Made by a program: the position numbers and the translations under genes | Assembly: GCA_020833025.1 (NCBI GenBank) | Contig: JAJHRB010000003.1 | Span: 1 to 42,980, forward strand | Length of the DNA stretch: 42,980 nt | Direction: 5' to 3' | Source of the DNA: Thermoproteaceae archaeon | GTDB lineage: Archaea > Thermoproteota > Thermoprotei > Thermoproteales > Thermoproteaceae | Notes under the pieces: generated by a model | Database searches by the model: none | What the model was told of the DNA's origin: nothing | What the model saw: only the letters and a program-made list of their open reading frames with translations | Shown here: piece after piece, positions 18,490-27,191 of the stretch | Position numbering within the stretch: the first letter of the stretch is position 1 | How the letters are laid out: each line of letters starts with the position of its first letter

Positions 18490-18944
18490 GTTTTATAGAG
18501 GCGTCCTGCAGAATACACGTGCGCGAGGAGCCATTTTACGAGCTCGCGTACCGCTTCAGGAGGATACTAGTGCCGGTATGCCAGCTAGGCGCCGCGAGGC
18601 TCAGGGAGCTGCTCAGCGTTGCTGCAGACTTCGGCGAGAGGTACGGGGCCAGCGCGGTGTTCCTCTACGTGACGCAGAGCGAGAGCGATCCCTCAATTGA
18701 GGAGCTGAAGAGGGCAATCGGCGAGTACATGAGCAAGCGGGGGGTCAAGCACGAGTTCAAGATCAGGAAGCTCGGCGAGGGGGAGACCGTGGCCTCAGAA
18801 ATTGTAAAGGAGCTGTCGGAGGGCGGCTACGACATGGTGATCCTCGCGTCGCGCGGCTACTACGGCGCGTCGGCGCTGCTGTACAGCAGCACGTCCGTAG
18901 CCGTGGCCATTGCAGCGAACACGTCAGTTTTAATCCTGAGATAG
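18486..18944 (+). CDS. Universal stress protein (UspA family)
   Basis: RRILVPV and [10 protein letters not shown]...[11 protein letters not shown]. Start uncertain (GTA 18486 or GTG 18519). Confidence 0.8.
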   Translation, partial: VSFIEASCRIHVREEPFYELAYRFRRILVPVCQLGAARLRELLSVAADFGERYGASAVFLYVTQSESDPSIEELKRAIGEYMSKRGVKHEFKIRKLGEGETVASEIVKELSEGGYDMVILASRGYYGASALLYSSTSVAVAIAANTSVLILR

Positions 18945-18952
18945 AGCCGCGC

Positions 18953-19330
18953 GTGGGCGCGCAGACGCTCAGAGTCGGGACCAGGGCTTGCATTTCGGCC
19001 GCGCACTACATAAAGAATTACGCAGGCAAGTGCGCCGGCCTCCACGGCCACAACTACGTGGTTGAGGCTATCGTCGAGGGGCGCCCTGACGAGCGGGGCA
19101 TGGTCGTCGACTTCGTCGAGCTCAAGAGACTGCTCGCCGAGGTGCTCAGCGCGTACGACCACAAGGTGCTGAACGACGTGCTCGGGACGCAGAATGCAAC
19201 AGCAGAGGCGCTGGCGCTAGACATTGCGAGGAGGCTCAGGGAGAGGCTACCAGAGGGTCTGCGCCTGAGGCTCGTGAGAGTCTACGAGACGCAAGACACG
19301 TGGGTCGAGGTGCAGGAGAGCCCGGAATGA
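18953..19330 (+). CDS. queD: 6-pyruvoyl-tetrahydropterin synthase family (QueD-like)
   Basis: SAAH, CAGLHGHNY, GMVVDF, DHKVLN, TAE, VYET. Confidence 0.85.
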   Translation: MGAQTLRVGTRACISAAHYIKNYAGKCAGLHGHNYVVEAIVEGRPDERGMVVDFVELKRLLAEVLSAYDHKVLNDVLGTQNATAEALALDIARRLRERLPEGLRLRLVRVYETQDTWVEVQESPE

Positions 19331-19595
19331 GCCCGGCGAGCTGGAAGTTCCGGCGTACTCCCCGCGACGCAGAACCTCTGCGGGTAGACCCTGGGGCGCC
19401 GAGTACTGCGCGCCGGTCATTTAAACGGCCGGCATGAGCCTAGCACGCGGCGGCCCCCTGACGCGCGGGGGCCGCGCCTGCCTGCAGCGTGCCTCTCTTT
19501 TAAAAGTGCGGTGCCGTGAGCTGCAGCGCAGTGAAGAGCCGGTGGCCGGCCATGCGCGCGACGGCACTCTCGGCAGGTCCGGAGCGCGCGATAAG

Positions 19596-19643
19596 GTGAT
19601 GACCCAGGCTGTGCCGACGCGTGAGGTGAACGACCTCCGCTGA
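19596..19643 (+). ncRNA. Candidate C/D box guide sRNA
   Basis: C box GTGATGA 19596-602, 11-nt guide, D' CCGA 19614-17, degenerate C' GTGAGGT 19621-27, 12-nt guide, D box CTGA 19640-43. Confidence 0.62.
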
Positions 19644-19682
19644 GCGGCAAAGCTAAATTAATAACGCGCGCAACAAGCCTGC

Positions 19683-21353
19683 ATGGCGCCCAGCGCAAGG
19701 GCCGCGCTCGTGCTGATCGCGCTTGCCCTGGCCGCCACAGTCCCCGCCGCAGTCTGGCAGGTACAGGTCGTTAAGACAGCCACCGCAGTCATAAATGCGC
19801 TTGCTGTCGGGCCGCAGGGCGGCGCCGTCTTGCCCATTGTCGTGACGGTCATCACGCCGGGGGACGGGCACGCGTACGTTGCCGGAGTGCCCGAGACGGG
19901 GCAGGGCTTCGGGCCCTCGGCTCAGATCGCGCTGTACGTCGCGGCGAGGCTCTCCGGCGCGCACTACAAGAACTACACCGCGCTGCTGAGAGTGATGTCG
20001 AGCGAGGTCCAGGTCGGGGGGCCGTCGGCCAGTGGCTACGTCGCGGCGGCGCTCTTCGCGCTCATGAACGGGCTCCCGCTAAGGAACACCACGGCTCTGA
20101 CGGGAATAATACTGCCCGACGGGCTTATAGGGCCGGTCGGCGGCGTCCAGCAGAAAGTCGAGGCGGCGGCGCGACACGGCATCAGCACGGTGCTCGTGCC
20201 GCTGGGAGAGGCGCCGCGATTCGGCGCGGGGGCCAGAGTAGTCGAGGTCGGGACGGTTGAGGAGGCAATTTACTACCTGACCGGCGTCAAGGTTGAGCCG
20301 GCGCGGCGGGGCGAGGTAGACGAGAGCGCGTTCCGCGAGATCTCGAGAGATCTGTTCTACGCCGTCTACGAGATTTACAACGAGACTGTCAGGGGCGACT
20401 ACGTGGACAGAGGCGAGATAGCCAGATTAAAGTCGCGGGGAATGTACTACACGGCTGCATCCTTGCTGTACCAGGGAATAGCCAAGTACCTCAGCGACGT
20501 AGTCAGCTGGTCCTGGGGCTCCTACAGGGCACTCTACTCGAGGGCGTTAAGCACGGCCAGAGAGGCCGAGTCGGAGCTCTCGCGGATCCCCGTTACGGTT
20601 AATAACGTCGATCTCGTAATTGCGAGCTACTCGCGCGTGTACGAGGTGTACATAAGGGCGAACTCAACATCGCCGCAGCCGCACTTGATGTACGCCAGAG
20701 CCATTACCCTCAAGCCGTGGATTGATGAGGCGCGCAGGATGGCCCGCGGGCGCGTGATAGACGAGCGCGAGCTCTCCGAGATCGCGAGGATGTACCTGGA
20801 TTACGCCAAGGCAATGCACGCGTACCTCGAGACGACATACGGCGCAGTGAGCGGCGAGCTCAGCGAGTCGCTGAGCACGGCCGTGCAGGTGGCCGAGAGG
20901 CTTTACGCCAGCGGTCACTATCTGGCCTCGATAGCTAACTCAATAGACGTGATAGCTATGTCTGCGGCGGCTCTAATGTCGCCGGCCTCTGAAAAATATC
21001 TCGCCATTGCCAGAGACCGGGCTCTGGAGAACATGGGGCGGGCCTCTCAGTGCGGTTACACGAACACGCTCCCCCTTAGCTATTTACAGTTCGGGGACTA
21101 CTTCTCCGGCGCGGGGCGGCGCTCCGAGGCGCTGACTTACTACATCACGGCGTCCATTTACTCCACGGCGTTCGGGGATATAGTGTGCAGGGAGGGCTCG
21201 CAGGTAGTGCTGCAGGAGATGCCGGAGCCGGCAGCGCGCGAGAGCGCGGCGCATCGCGGCGTGGTGCGTGCGGGGGAGGGCTCGTGGGCGCCGCTCCTCG
21301 TGGCAGTGCCGCTGGCTGCGCTGATAGTTCTGCTGTTGTTGCTCAAACGATAA
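19683..21353 (+). CDS. Secreted, membrane-anchored Lon-like (S16) serine protease without an ATPase domain
   Basis: VGGPSASG (Ser) and GPVGGVQQKVEAA (Lys) dyad; N-terminal signal and C-terminal TM. Confidence 0.85.
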   Translation: MAPSARAALVLIALALAATVPAAVWQVQVVKTATAVINALAVGPQGGAVLPIVVTVITPGDGHAYVAGVPETGQGFGPSAQIALYVAARLSGAHYKNYTALLRVMSSEVQVGGPSASGYVAAALFALMNGLPLRNTTALTGIILPDGLIGPVGGVQQKVEAAARHGISTVLVPLGEAPRFGAGARVVEVGTVEEAIYYLTGVKVEPARRGEVDESAFREISRDLFYAVYEIYNETVRGDYVDRGEIARLKSRGMYYTAASLLYQGIAKYLSDVVSWSWGSYRALYSRALSTAREAESELSRIPVTVNNVDLVIASYSRVYEVYIRANSTSPQPHLMYARAITLKPWIDEARRMARGRVIDERELSEIARMYLDYAKAMHAYLETTYGAVSGELSESLSTAVQVAERLYASGHYLASIANSIDVIAMSAAALMSPASEKYLAIARDRALENMGRASQCGYTNTLPLSYLQFGDYFSGAGRRSEALTYYITASIYSTAFGDIVCREGSQVVLQEMPEPAARESAAHRGVVRAGEGSWAPLLVAVPLAALIVLLLLLKR

Positions 21354-21639
21354 TTACCTCGCTCCCTCCAGCGCGCCTGCCCCTCTTTCTCTTTCCTCTG
21401 CGCCCCGGGAGTAATAGCAGCGCCGCGAGCGCAAGCGGCGTCAAGTACTCCCAGTACGGGGCGTAGACGTAAAAGAGCGAGATAATTTTCTCTGTAACGT
21501 CGCCGCTCACCGTCGCAACAGGCACGAGCACCAACACGAGCCCGGCCACTGCAAGCGCCGCCAGCGCTCTATCGCGTACCCTCCTCAGCGCCAGGGAGGT
21601 TATAACAGCGATGGTTATTATGGCCGCGAGCTCTAGCAT
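21343..21639 (-). CDS. Hypothetical small membrane protein
   Basis: Three hydrophobic segments and a basic tail. Confidence 0.7.
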   Translation of the reverse strand: MLELAAIITIAVITSLALRRVRDRALAALAVAGLVLVLVPVATVSGDVTEKIISLFYVYAPYWEYLTPLALAALLLLPGRRGKRKRGRRAGGSEVIIV

Positions 21640-21825
21640 TGCGCCTGCCTGTAAACGGATTATTATACTCAGAAGTTATTTTCAGCGTCAAGTATATATT
21701 TCCTGCCGCCGCCCGCGCGGCCAGATCGCCATGGCTCCTGTCAGCGCACTCCCGGCGGACATCTCACGCCCGCGCCTCACAACGCCGCGGGCATAAAATA
21801 ACGAGCGAGCAGTGCGGGACCTCAC

Positions 21826-22878
21826 GTGGAGACCGCCGCGCGGGGCCGCAGGGTTTTCGTGCTCGGCCGCGAAGTGCCCCAAGTTGGAACGCTGGCGTTC
21901 GGGATAGTCGACAGGGGCACTAACGTGATTGAGGTCAGGCCCACTACCATGTGCGCACTCTCTTGCATCTTTTGCTCTGTCAACGCGGGGCCGCGCTCAC
22001 GGCTGAGGTGGGCTGAGTACGTCGTAGAGCCAGACGCGCTGCTGGCCGCGCTCGAGGAGGTCGTGAGATTCAAGGGCGTAGACAACGTGGAGGTCCACAT
22101 TGACGGGATGGGAGATCCCGGGCATTACCCAGAGCTCGCCGAGCTCGTTAAGGGAGCCAAGTCAATCAGGGGAGTCTCCGTGGTATCAATGCAGACGCGG
22201 CTCTACATGCTCGACGAGAGAAAGATAAAGGAGCTGGCGGGCGCGGGACTCGACAGGCTGAACGTCAGCATAGATGCGCTCGACGCCGAGCTTGCAAGAA
22301 AGCTGGCGGGCGCGGAGTGGTACGACATTAGTAGGGTGCTGCAGCTGGTGAGGGTCGCGCTGGAGTCCGGGATTAACATAGTTGTGAGCCCCGTGTGGGT
22401 TCCGGGTCTTAACGACGGCGAGATGCCGAAGATCGTGAAGTGGGCCGTCGAGTGCGGCGTCGGCAGGGGGGTGCTGACGCCGGTAGTCATACAGAAGTAC
22501 GTCCCGCACAAGAGGGGCAGGCGCGTCAGAGTGAGGCCGATGACGTGGGGCGAGTTCTGGCGCCGGCTTAGGGAAATGGAGCGGGAGCTCGGAGTGCCGC
22601 TGATACCGAGGCCGGGCGAATATAACATACACAAAGCGCCGGAAATCCCTAAGCCGTTCAGAGTCGGCGACGTCGTCACCGTGGAGCTTGTCGCGAGAGG
22701 GATTTTCAGGGGGGAGCTGCTGGGCGTGCCAGCGGCGCGCAGAGGCACGGCGCTGCTCGACAGGACCTTCACCGTGATCTACGGGCCGAGGGCCTCCGAC
22801 GGGCTAGTGGGGCGCAGGGCGAGAGTTGTGGTCGTCGAGAACAAGCATAACATATACATCGCGAGGCCGCTTAGGTAG
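21826..22878 (+). CDS. Radical SAM protein (COG2100-like) with a C-terminal TRAM-like domain
   Basis: GIVDRGTNVIEVRP, CALSCIFC, HIDGMGDP, KPFRVGDVVTVE. Confidence 0.85.
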   Translation: METAARGRRVFVLGREVPQVGTLAFGIVDRGTNVIEVRPTTMCALSCIFCSVNAGPRSRLRWAEYVVEPDALLAALEEVVRFKGVDNVEVHIDGMGDPGHYPELAELVKGAKSIRGVSVVSMQTRLYMLDERKIKELAGAGLDRLNVSIDALDAELARKLAGAEWYDISRVLQLVRVALESGINIVVSPVWVPGLNDGEMPKIVKWAVECGVGRGVLTPVVIQKYVPHKRGRRVRVRPMTWGEFWRRLREMERELGVPLIPRPGEYNIHKAPEIPKPFRVGDVVTVELVARGIFRGELLGVPAARRGTALLDRTFTVIYGPRASDGLVGRRARVVVVENKHNIYIARPLR

Positions 22879-24313
22879 CCGGCTGCCCCTGCCGCCCAGC
22901 TCTCAGCGCGCTGGAGAGTCTGAGCGAGAAGGCCCTCACTCCCAGCCTCCGCAGGCTCTCGGCAACGTCCAGGCTGAGGCCGCCGCCGTAGCAGTACAGC
23001 ACGTACGTCTTGTCCCGCCCGAGTTTGTCCACCAGAGCGGGCACGTCGCCAGGCTCCGCCCTCAGCGCGCCCGGCACGTGCCACCTCCTGTAGGACTCCT
23101 CGTCCCTGAGGTCTACAACCACGGCTCCCGGCGGTATCTCGTCTATCTCTAGCTCCTGTGGCGCGAGACTGCCGATATAGCTATCGAGCTCGCTCTTCCT
23201 CAAGAGCCTCGCCGACGCCACCACCTCGCGCACTGCATCGTGAACTGCCAGGTCTATCCTCTCGACCTCCTCCCGCGATGCCCACTTCCTCGGCCTCCTG
23301 CTGAACATGGCGCAGTACTCCGGCATGTCCTTCGACAGCTCGTACGTGCCTATGCGTCTGGCCAGCCTCACGATCTCCTCCTTGTCCATTCCTATCAGGG
23401 GTCTCAGCAGCGGCATATCGAGCCCGCGCTCGAGCGCGGCCAGGGCGCCCAGCGTCTGCGACGAGACTTGCCCGAGGGACTCGCCGGTGACTATTGCCAG
23501 CGCGCCCAGAGACCTGGCGAGCTCCCGCGCGGCTAAGTAGAGCGCGCGCTTGAATGCTATGCTCCACAGTCTCTCGTGCACGCCCCTCATTACTGCCCGC
23601 GCTACCGGCGCGCAGTCCGATACCGCGACGCGTGCGTCGTAGCCGTACGACCAGGAGAGGAGCGCCCTTATCGCCTCAAGCGCGCGCTTCAGCGCGAGAG
23701 TGCCCCCGAGATTGCAGTAAAACACGTCAGCGTAGGCCCCCCGCCTCATGATCAGCCACGCGGCGACCGGCGAGTCTATGCCCCCGGAGACTAGCGCCAG
23801 CACCCTCCCCTCTGAGCCGAGCGGGAGGCCGCCCGGCCCCTCAATCACCTCGGTGTAGAGGAATGCCCTGTTGTTGCGTATCTCTATGAAGAGCTCGACG
23901 TCTGGGCTCTCCAGGTCCACCTTCCCGCCGGCACTGACAAGCGCCGAGCCAACGGCCCTGGCGGCATCGAGCGAGGTGAAGTCGTGCCTGCCCACTCTGC
24001 GCACCCTCACGGCGAATTTCCTGCCCGCCACGAGCCCGGACCAGTGCCTCACGGCAGCGTCGACCACCTCCTCGAGCCGCTGGAACGTGAGCTCGCGCGC
24101 GGGGCTCACCGACGTCACGCCGAACATCCTGCACAGCACGCGCTTCAGGCACTCGACGTCGCCGCGCGCGTACACCCTCCCCGGCTCTCTCTCAAACTCG
24201 GCGCCGCCGCACTCCCTAGCTGCCTCTCTCGCCGCCCTGAGCAGCAGCCTCTCCATCCTCGCGCGCGTCGCGCCTCTCTTCACTGTCAGCTCCCCGACGC
24301 GCAATATCACCAC
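22871..24313 (-). CDS. thiI: tRNA sulfurtransferase ThiI (THUMP + PP-loop + rhodanese)
   Basis: ILRVGELTVK, GGLPLGSEG, LVSGGIDS, TGESLGQVSSQT, C-terminal rhodanese (VVDLR...HVPGA...YCYGG). Start moved to about GTG 24313. Confidence 0.92.
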   Translation of the reverse strand: MVILRVGELTVKRGATRARMERLLLRAAREAARECGGAEFEREPGRVYARGDVECLKRVLCRMFGVTSVSPARELTFQRLEEVVDAAVRHWSGLVAGRKFAVRVRRVGRHDFTSLDAARAVGSALVSAGGKVDLESPDVELFIEIRNNRAFLYTEVIEGPGGLPLGSEGRVLALVSGGIDSPVAAWLIMRRGAYADVFYCNLGGTLALKRALEAIRALLSWSYGYDARVAVSDCAPVARAVMRGVHERLWSIAFKRALYLAARELARSLGALAIVTGESLGQVSSQTLGALAALERGLDMPLLRPLIGMDKEEIVRLARRIGTYELSKDMPEYCAMFSRRPRKWASREEVERIDLAVHDAVREVVASARLLRKSELDSYIGSLAPQELEIDEIPPGAVVVDLRDEESYRRWHVPGALRAEPGDVPALVDKLGRDKTYVLYCYGGGLSLDVAESLRRLGVRAFSLRLSSALRAGRQGQPAT

Positions 24314-24589
24314 ATGCCCCGCGGTGCAGCCTGCCGCGCTGCTGGCACGCGCGCTGTCTCCTGCAGCCTCTCGGGGTCTGGCAGTTCCGCGGGGCACCTG
24401 CTGCTCTGCACGGGCTCCCGGCGGGCTCACTCATTGGAATTGCGGCACGCCTTTTTAACCACAACTATGCCTTTCAATCCTTCTTTTGAGATTCCGGGCC
24501 CTCTCGGCGGGCCTCCCCGCGCCCTTTTAAGCATTCCCGCCCCGACACGCGCCGGCGCTCTCTAAACTGGGCGCCCGCCAGAGCCCGGC

Positions 24590-24800
24590 GGCAGGGCAGA
24601 CCGCCTAGATGTGTAAAGCGCACGACGCTTGAAGGCGCGGGAAAAGGTCGAGAGGCCGAGCTCCTCGTCCCTGAAGGCCCCTCTAAGAAGCTTCCGAACA
24701 GGAAGGCAAGGGCGACTCTCTCCTCCCCCCTCAGCGTCTCGGCTAGCCTCCTCGCAACCCCCTCCCGCTCGCCGGGCCCGAGCTCAAACCACCTGAGCAC
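24590..24800 (-). pseudogene. Decayed minimal nucleotidyltransferase (MNT) relic
   Basis: LRWFELGPGEREGVARRLAETLRGEERVALAFLFGSFLEG, then PFRD continues in a shifted frame and the DxD segment is missing. Boundaries approximate. Confidence 0.6.
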
Positions 24801-24948
24801 GCACTGCAGCCACGAACCGCTTAAGTGTGTCGAGGCCCCCGATACTAACAACCACGCCCCTCACGCTCCAGGCGGCCCGACGCCAGCTGACGCTGATGCC
24901 GGGAATCTCGGCGTTGTGCCTTTTTTATACCTGCCGCGGTGTGCAGAC

Positions 24949-25518
24949 ATGTGGCTCGTGCCGCTCAGCATGGGTCTCGGGGCCGTGAGGAGGGCTTACA
25001 GTACAGCCCGGGAGCTCGCGAGAAAGGTGGAGGGCAGGCTGGAGCTAATACAGCCTAAGCACGTGTACGTCAAGGACGCCGAGAAGTTCGGCTACACGCT
25101 GCAGATCGGCAGGATAACCGTGAACCTGCCGCCGGCCGGCATTATGGTGCTCTGGGGCTTTTACAACGCTGACGAGTACCTGGACTTTGTGCGCTTTGTA
25201 AATAACGGCAGGGTGCACGAGTGGTTCGTGCACCCAATTGCCTACTACCCGGAGCGCGTTGGCGTCTGGCTTGAGGAGCCGCTGATACTCAGGGGCGTCG
25301 TTCACGTGGACGTCCACGCAACGTCGACAGAGGGCCGCGACAGAGTCTACGGGTGGCCCCTGGGCTACGTGATATCGCCGGCGAGGCCGCCGCAGGAGGT
25401 GACTGTGCCGCGGCGCACGCCGCGGAGAAAGAGAGCTGAGGAGAGGGCAGAGGCCGGGGTCTCGCAGAAGGCTGGGGAGGCCAAGGAGGCGGGGAGGGGC
25501 GGGGAGGGTGGCGGCTAG
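24949..25518 (+). CDS. Hypothetical beta-rich protein with a charged C-terminal tail
   Basis: TTTTTATA at about 24922-24929, 20-27 nt before ATG 24949; overlaps the recombinase start. Confidence 0.75.
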   Translation: MWLVPLSMGLGAVRRAYSTARELARKVEGRLELIQPKHVYVKDAEKFGYTLQIGRITVNLPPAGIMVLWGFYNADEYLDFVRFVNNGRVHEWFVHPIAYYPERVGVWLEEPLILRGVVHVDVHATSTEGRDRVYGWPLGYVISPARPPQEVTVPRRTPRRKRAEERAEAGVSQKAGEAKEAGRGGEGGG

Positions 25519-26302
25519 CCTAATACCGGCAGTGACCTACATCCGCGTCTCGACGGAGGGGCAGGATCCCGAGAACCAGCGTGCCTTCCTCGAGAGGTGG
25601 GCGGCCGAGAGGGGCATGCAGATCGTGAGGCACTACATTGACGCTGGCGTCTCCGGCGCCACCGAGCCTTGGGAGAGGCCCGCGTTCAGGCAGCTGCTGG
25701 CAGAGGCGGGCAGGCTCGAGCCGAGGCCCAGGGCCCTCCTGGTGTACGAGATCTCAAGGCTCGTGCGCTCGTTTCAGGAGCTGTTCACGCTCCTGGATCT
25801 CGTGGAGGGGAGGCTCGGGCTCGTCGTGATCTCCGCCTCGGAGAGAGAGCAGGCCCTGCAGAGTCTCGACGGCGTGTACCGGCAGTTCCTGAGGGCCGTT
25901 CTCGCCTTCGTGGCGACAATGGAGAGAGAGTTCACGCGCCAGAGGACTAAGGCCGCGCTGGAGAGGGCGCGGGCGGCCGGCAAGCTGTGGAACGTCGCGG
26001 AGAGAGTCGGCGAGGGCGTCGCGAGGAGGGCGGCGGAGATGTACCTGTCGGGGGCCTCCCTCAGGGAGGTGGCCAGGGCGTTTGGAATGTCGCTGTACGA
26101 GGTGAGGCGGGTGCTCTCGGCGGCGGGGGCCTACAGGCCGGGCGAGTACACGTGCCCGCGCTGCTTCTCAAGGCTGAGAGTAGTGGAGCGGTCCGTCAGG
26201 CTCCAGCCCGGGAGGCACGCCGTCGTCGAGAGGCTCTACTGCAAGAACTGCGGCTACGACGAGACGAGGGAGCTCTCTCCTGCCGCCGGCAGCTCCGCGT
26301 AA
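25508..26302 (+). CDS. Small serine recombinase (resolvase type) with HTH and C-terminal Zn ribbon
   Basis: YIRVSTEGQ (catalytic Ser), DAGVSG...ERP, YEISRLVRS, EREFTRQRTKAAL, SLREVARAFG, CPRC...CKNC. Confidence 0.92.
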   Translation: MAASLIPAVTYIRVSTEGQDPENQRAFLERWAAERGMQIVRHYIDAGVSGATEPWERPAFRQLLAEAGRLEPRPRALLVYEISRLVRSFQELFTLLDLVEGRLGLVVISASEREQALQSLDGVYRQFLRAVLAFVATMEREFTRQRTKAALERARAAGKLWNVAERVGEGVARRAAEMYLSGASLREVARAFGMSLYEVRRVLSAAGAYRPGEYTCPRCFSRLRVVERSVRLQPGRHAVVERLYCKNCGYDETRELSPAAGSSA

Positions 26303-26322
26303 GGCACGCGCTAGCGGCACGG

Positions 26323-27048
26323 TCACAGGCTCTTCAGCCTCTCGAGGACCCTGTCGAGATACCTCAATCTGCCCACAACGGCGAGCCTCAGCCTTCTGCT
26401 GCCGCGCCGCACCTCGAATCTCGTGCCGCTGCCCGCCACTCTACCGTCGCAGACCAGCACAGAGCTATCCGCTGTCTCTACGACAACGCTGTCTGACGCC
26501 AGAACGAGAGGCCTCAAGTATAGCGTGAACGGCGCGGCGAACGAAACGACAATGACGTCCGCGCGGTAGTCAACGGCGGGCCCGAGGGCCGATACCGCGT
26601 AGCCGAGAGCCCCTTGAGGCGTCGAGACGATCACGCCGTCTGCCCTCCCGGCGAGCTCTCCCTCGTCTGTAACAAGCCTGAATCTCAGCGGCCTGCCTGG
26701 CTCAGTCCGGTGTATCAAGACCTCGTTGAGGGCCGTGCACTCGCCGCACGCCAGAGTCGGGAGCTCTACAACCCTGTAGTTCCCGCTCGCAATGGAGCCC
26801 ACAATCTCGTCCAGCGGCGTCCCGGGGCTCGCGCTCCTGTAGAAGTTCACGCTGCCCATCCCGAGGTGCACGACAACCGCGTCGAGCACGCACGGAAACT
26901 CTCTGATTGCATAGAGCAGCGTTCCGTCCCCGCCCAGAATGAAGACGTGAGAGAATTCTTCGTCGCAGCTCAAGTCGACCGCGCCGAGTCTTCTCTTAAG
27001 CTCCTCGGCAGCGCCTTTCAAGTCCGGCCTGTAATAGACGGCAAACAC
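26323..27048 (-). CDS. nadK: NAD kinase
   Basis: [24 protein letters not shown]. Confidence 0.88.
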   Translation of the reverse strand: MFAVYYRPDLKGAAEELKRRLGAVDLSCDEEFSHVFILGGDGTLLYAIREFPCVLDAVVVHLGMGSVNFYRSASPGTPLDEIVGSIASGNYRVVELPTLACGECTALNEVLIHRTEPGRPLRFRLVTDEGELAGRADGVIVSTPQGALGYAVSALGPAVDYRADVIVVSFAAPFTLYLRPLVLASDSVVVETADSSVLVCDGRVAGSGTRFEVRRGSRRLRLAVVGRLRYLDRVLERLKSL

Positions 27049-27159
27049 GTTCGCAATTCCCCGAGATTAAATTGGAGGTGCCGCCCAATCGCGCGGCGCG
27101 CCCCGCGGCTCGCCGCGCCTGTCGAGACGGGGCTGCAGCGAGCGCGCATTATGCCTCAA

Positions 27160-27185
27160 CAATGCATAAATACTGGGTTATATTT
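27160..27185 (+). promoter_or_regulatory. Conserved promoter motif, copy 1 (chelatase ATPase gene)
   Basis: CAATGCATAAATAC begins 32 nt before ATG 27192; overlaps the inverted repeat AAATA-N8-TATTT. Confidence 0.6.
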
Positions 27186-27191
27186 CTGGGC

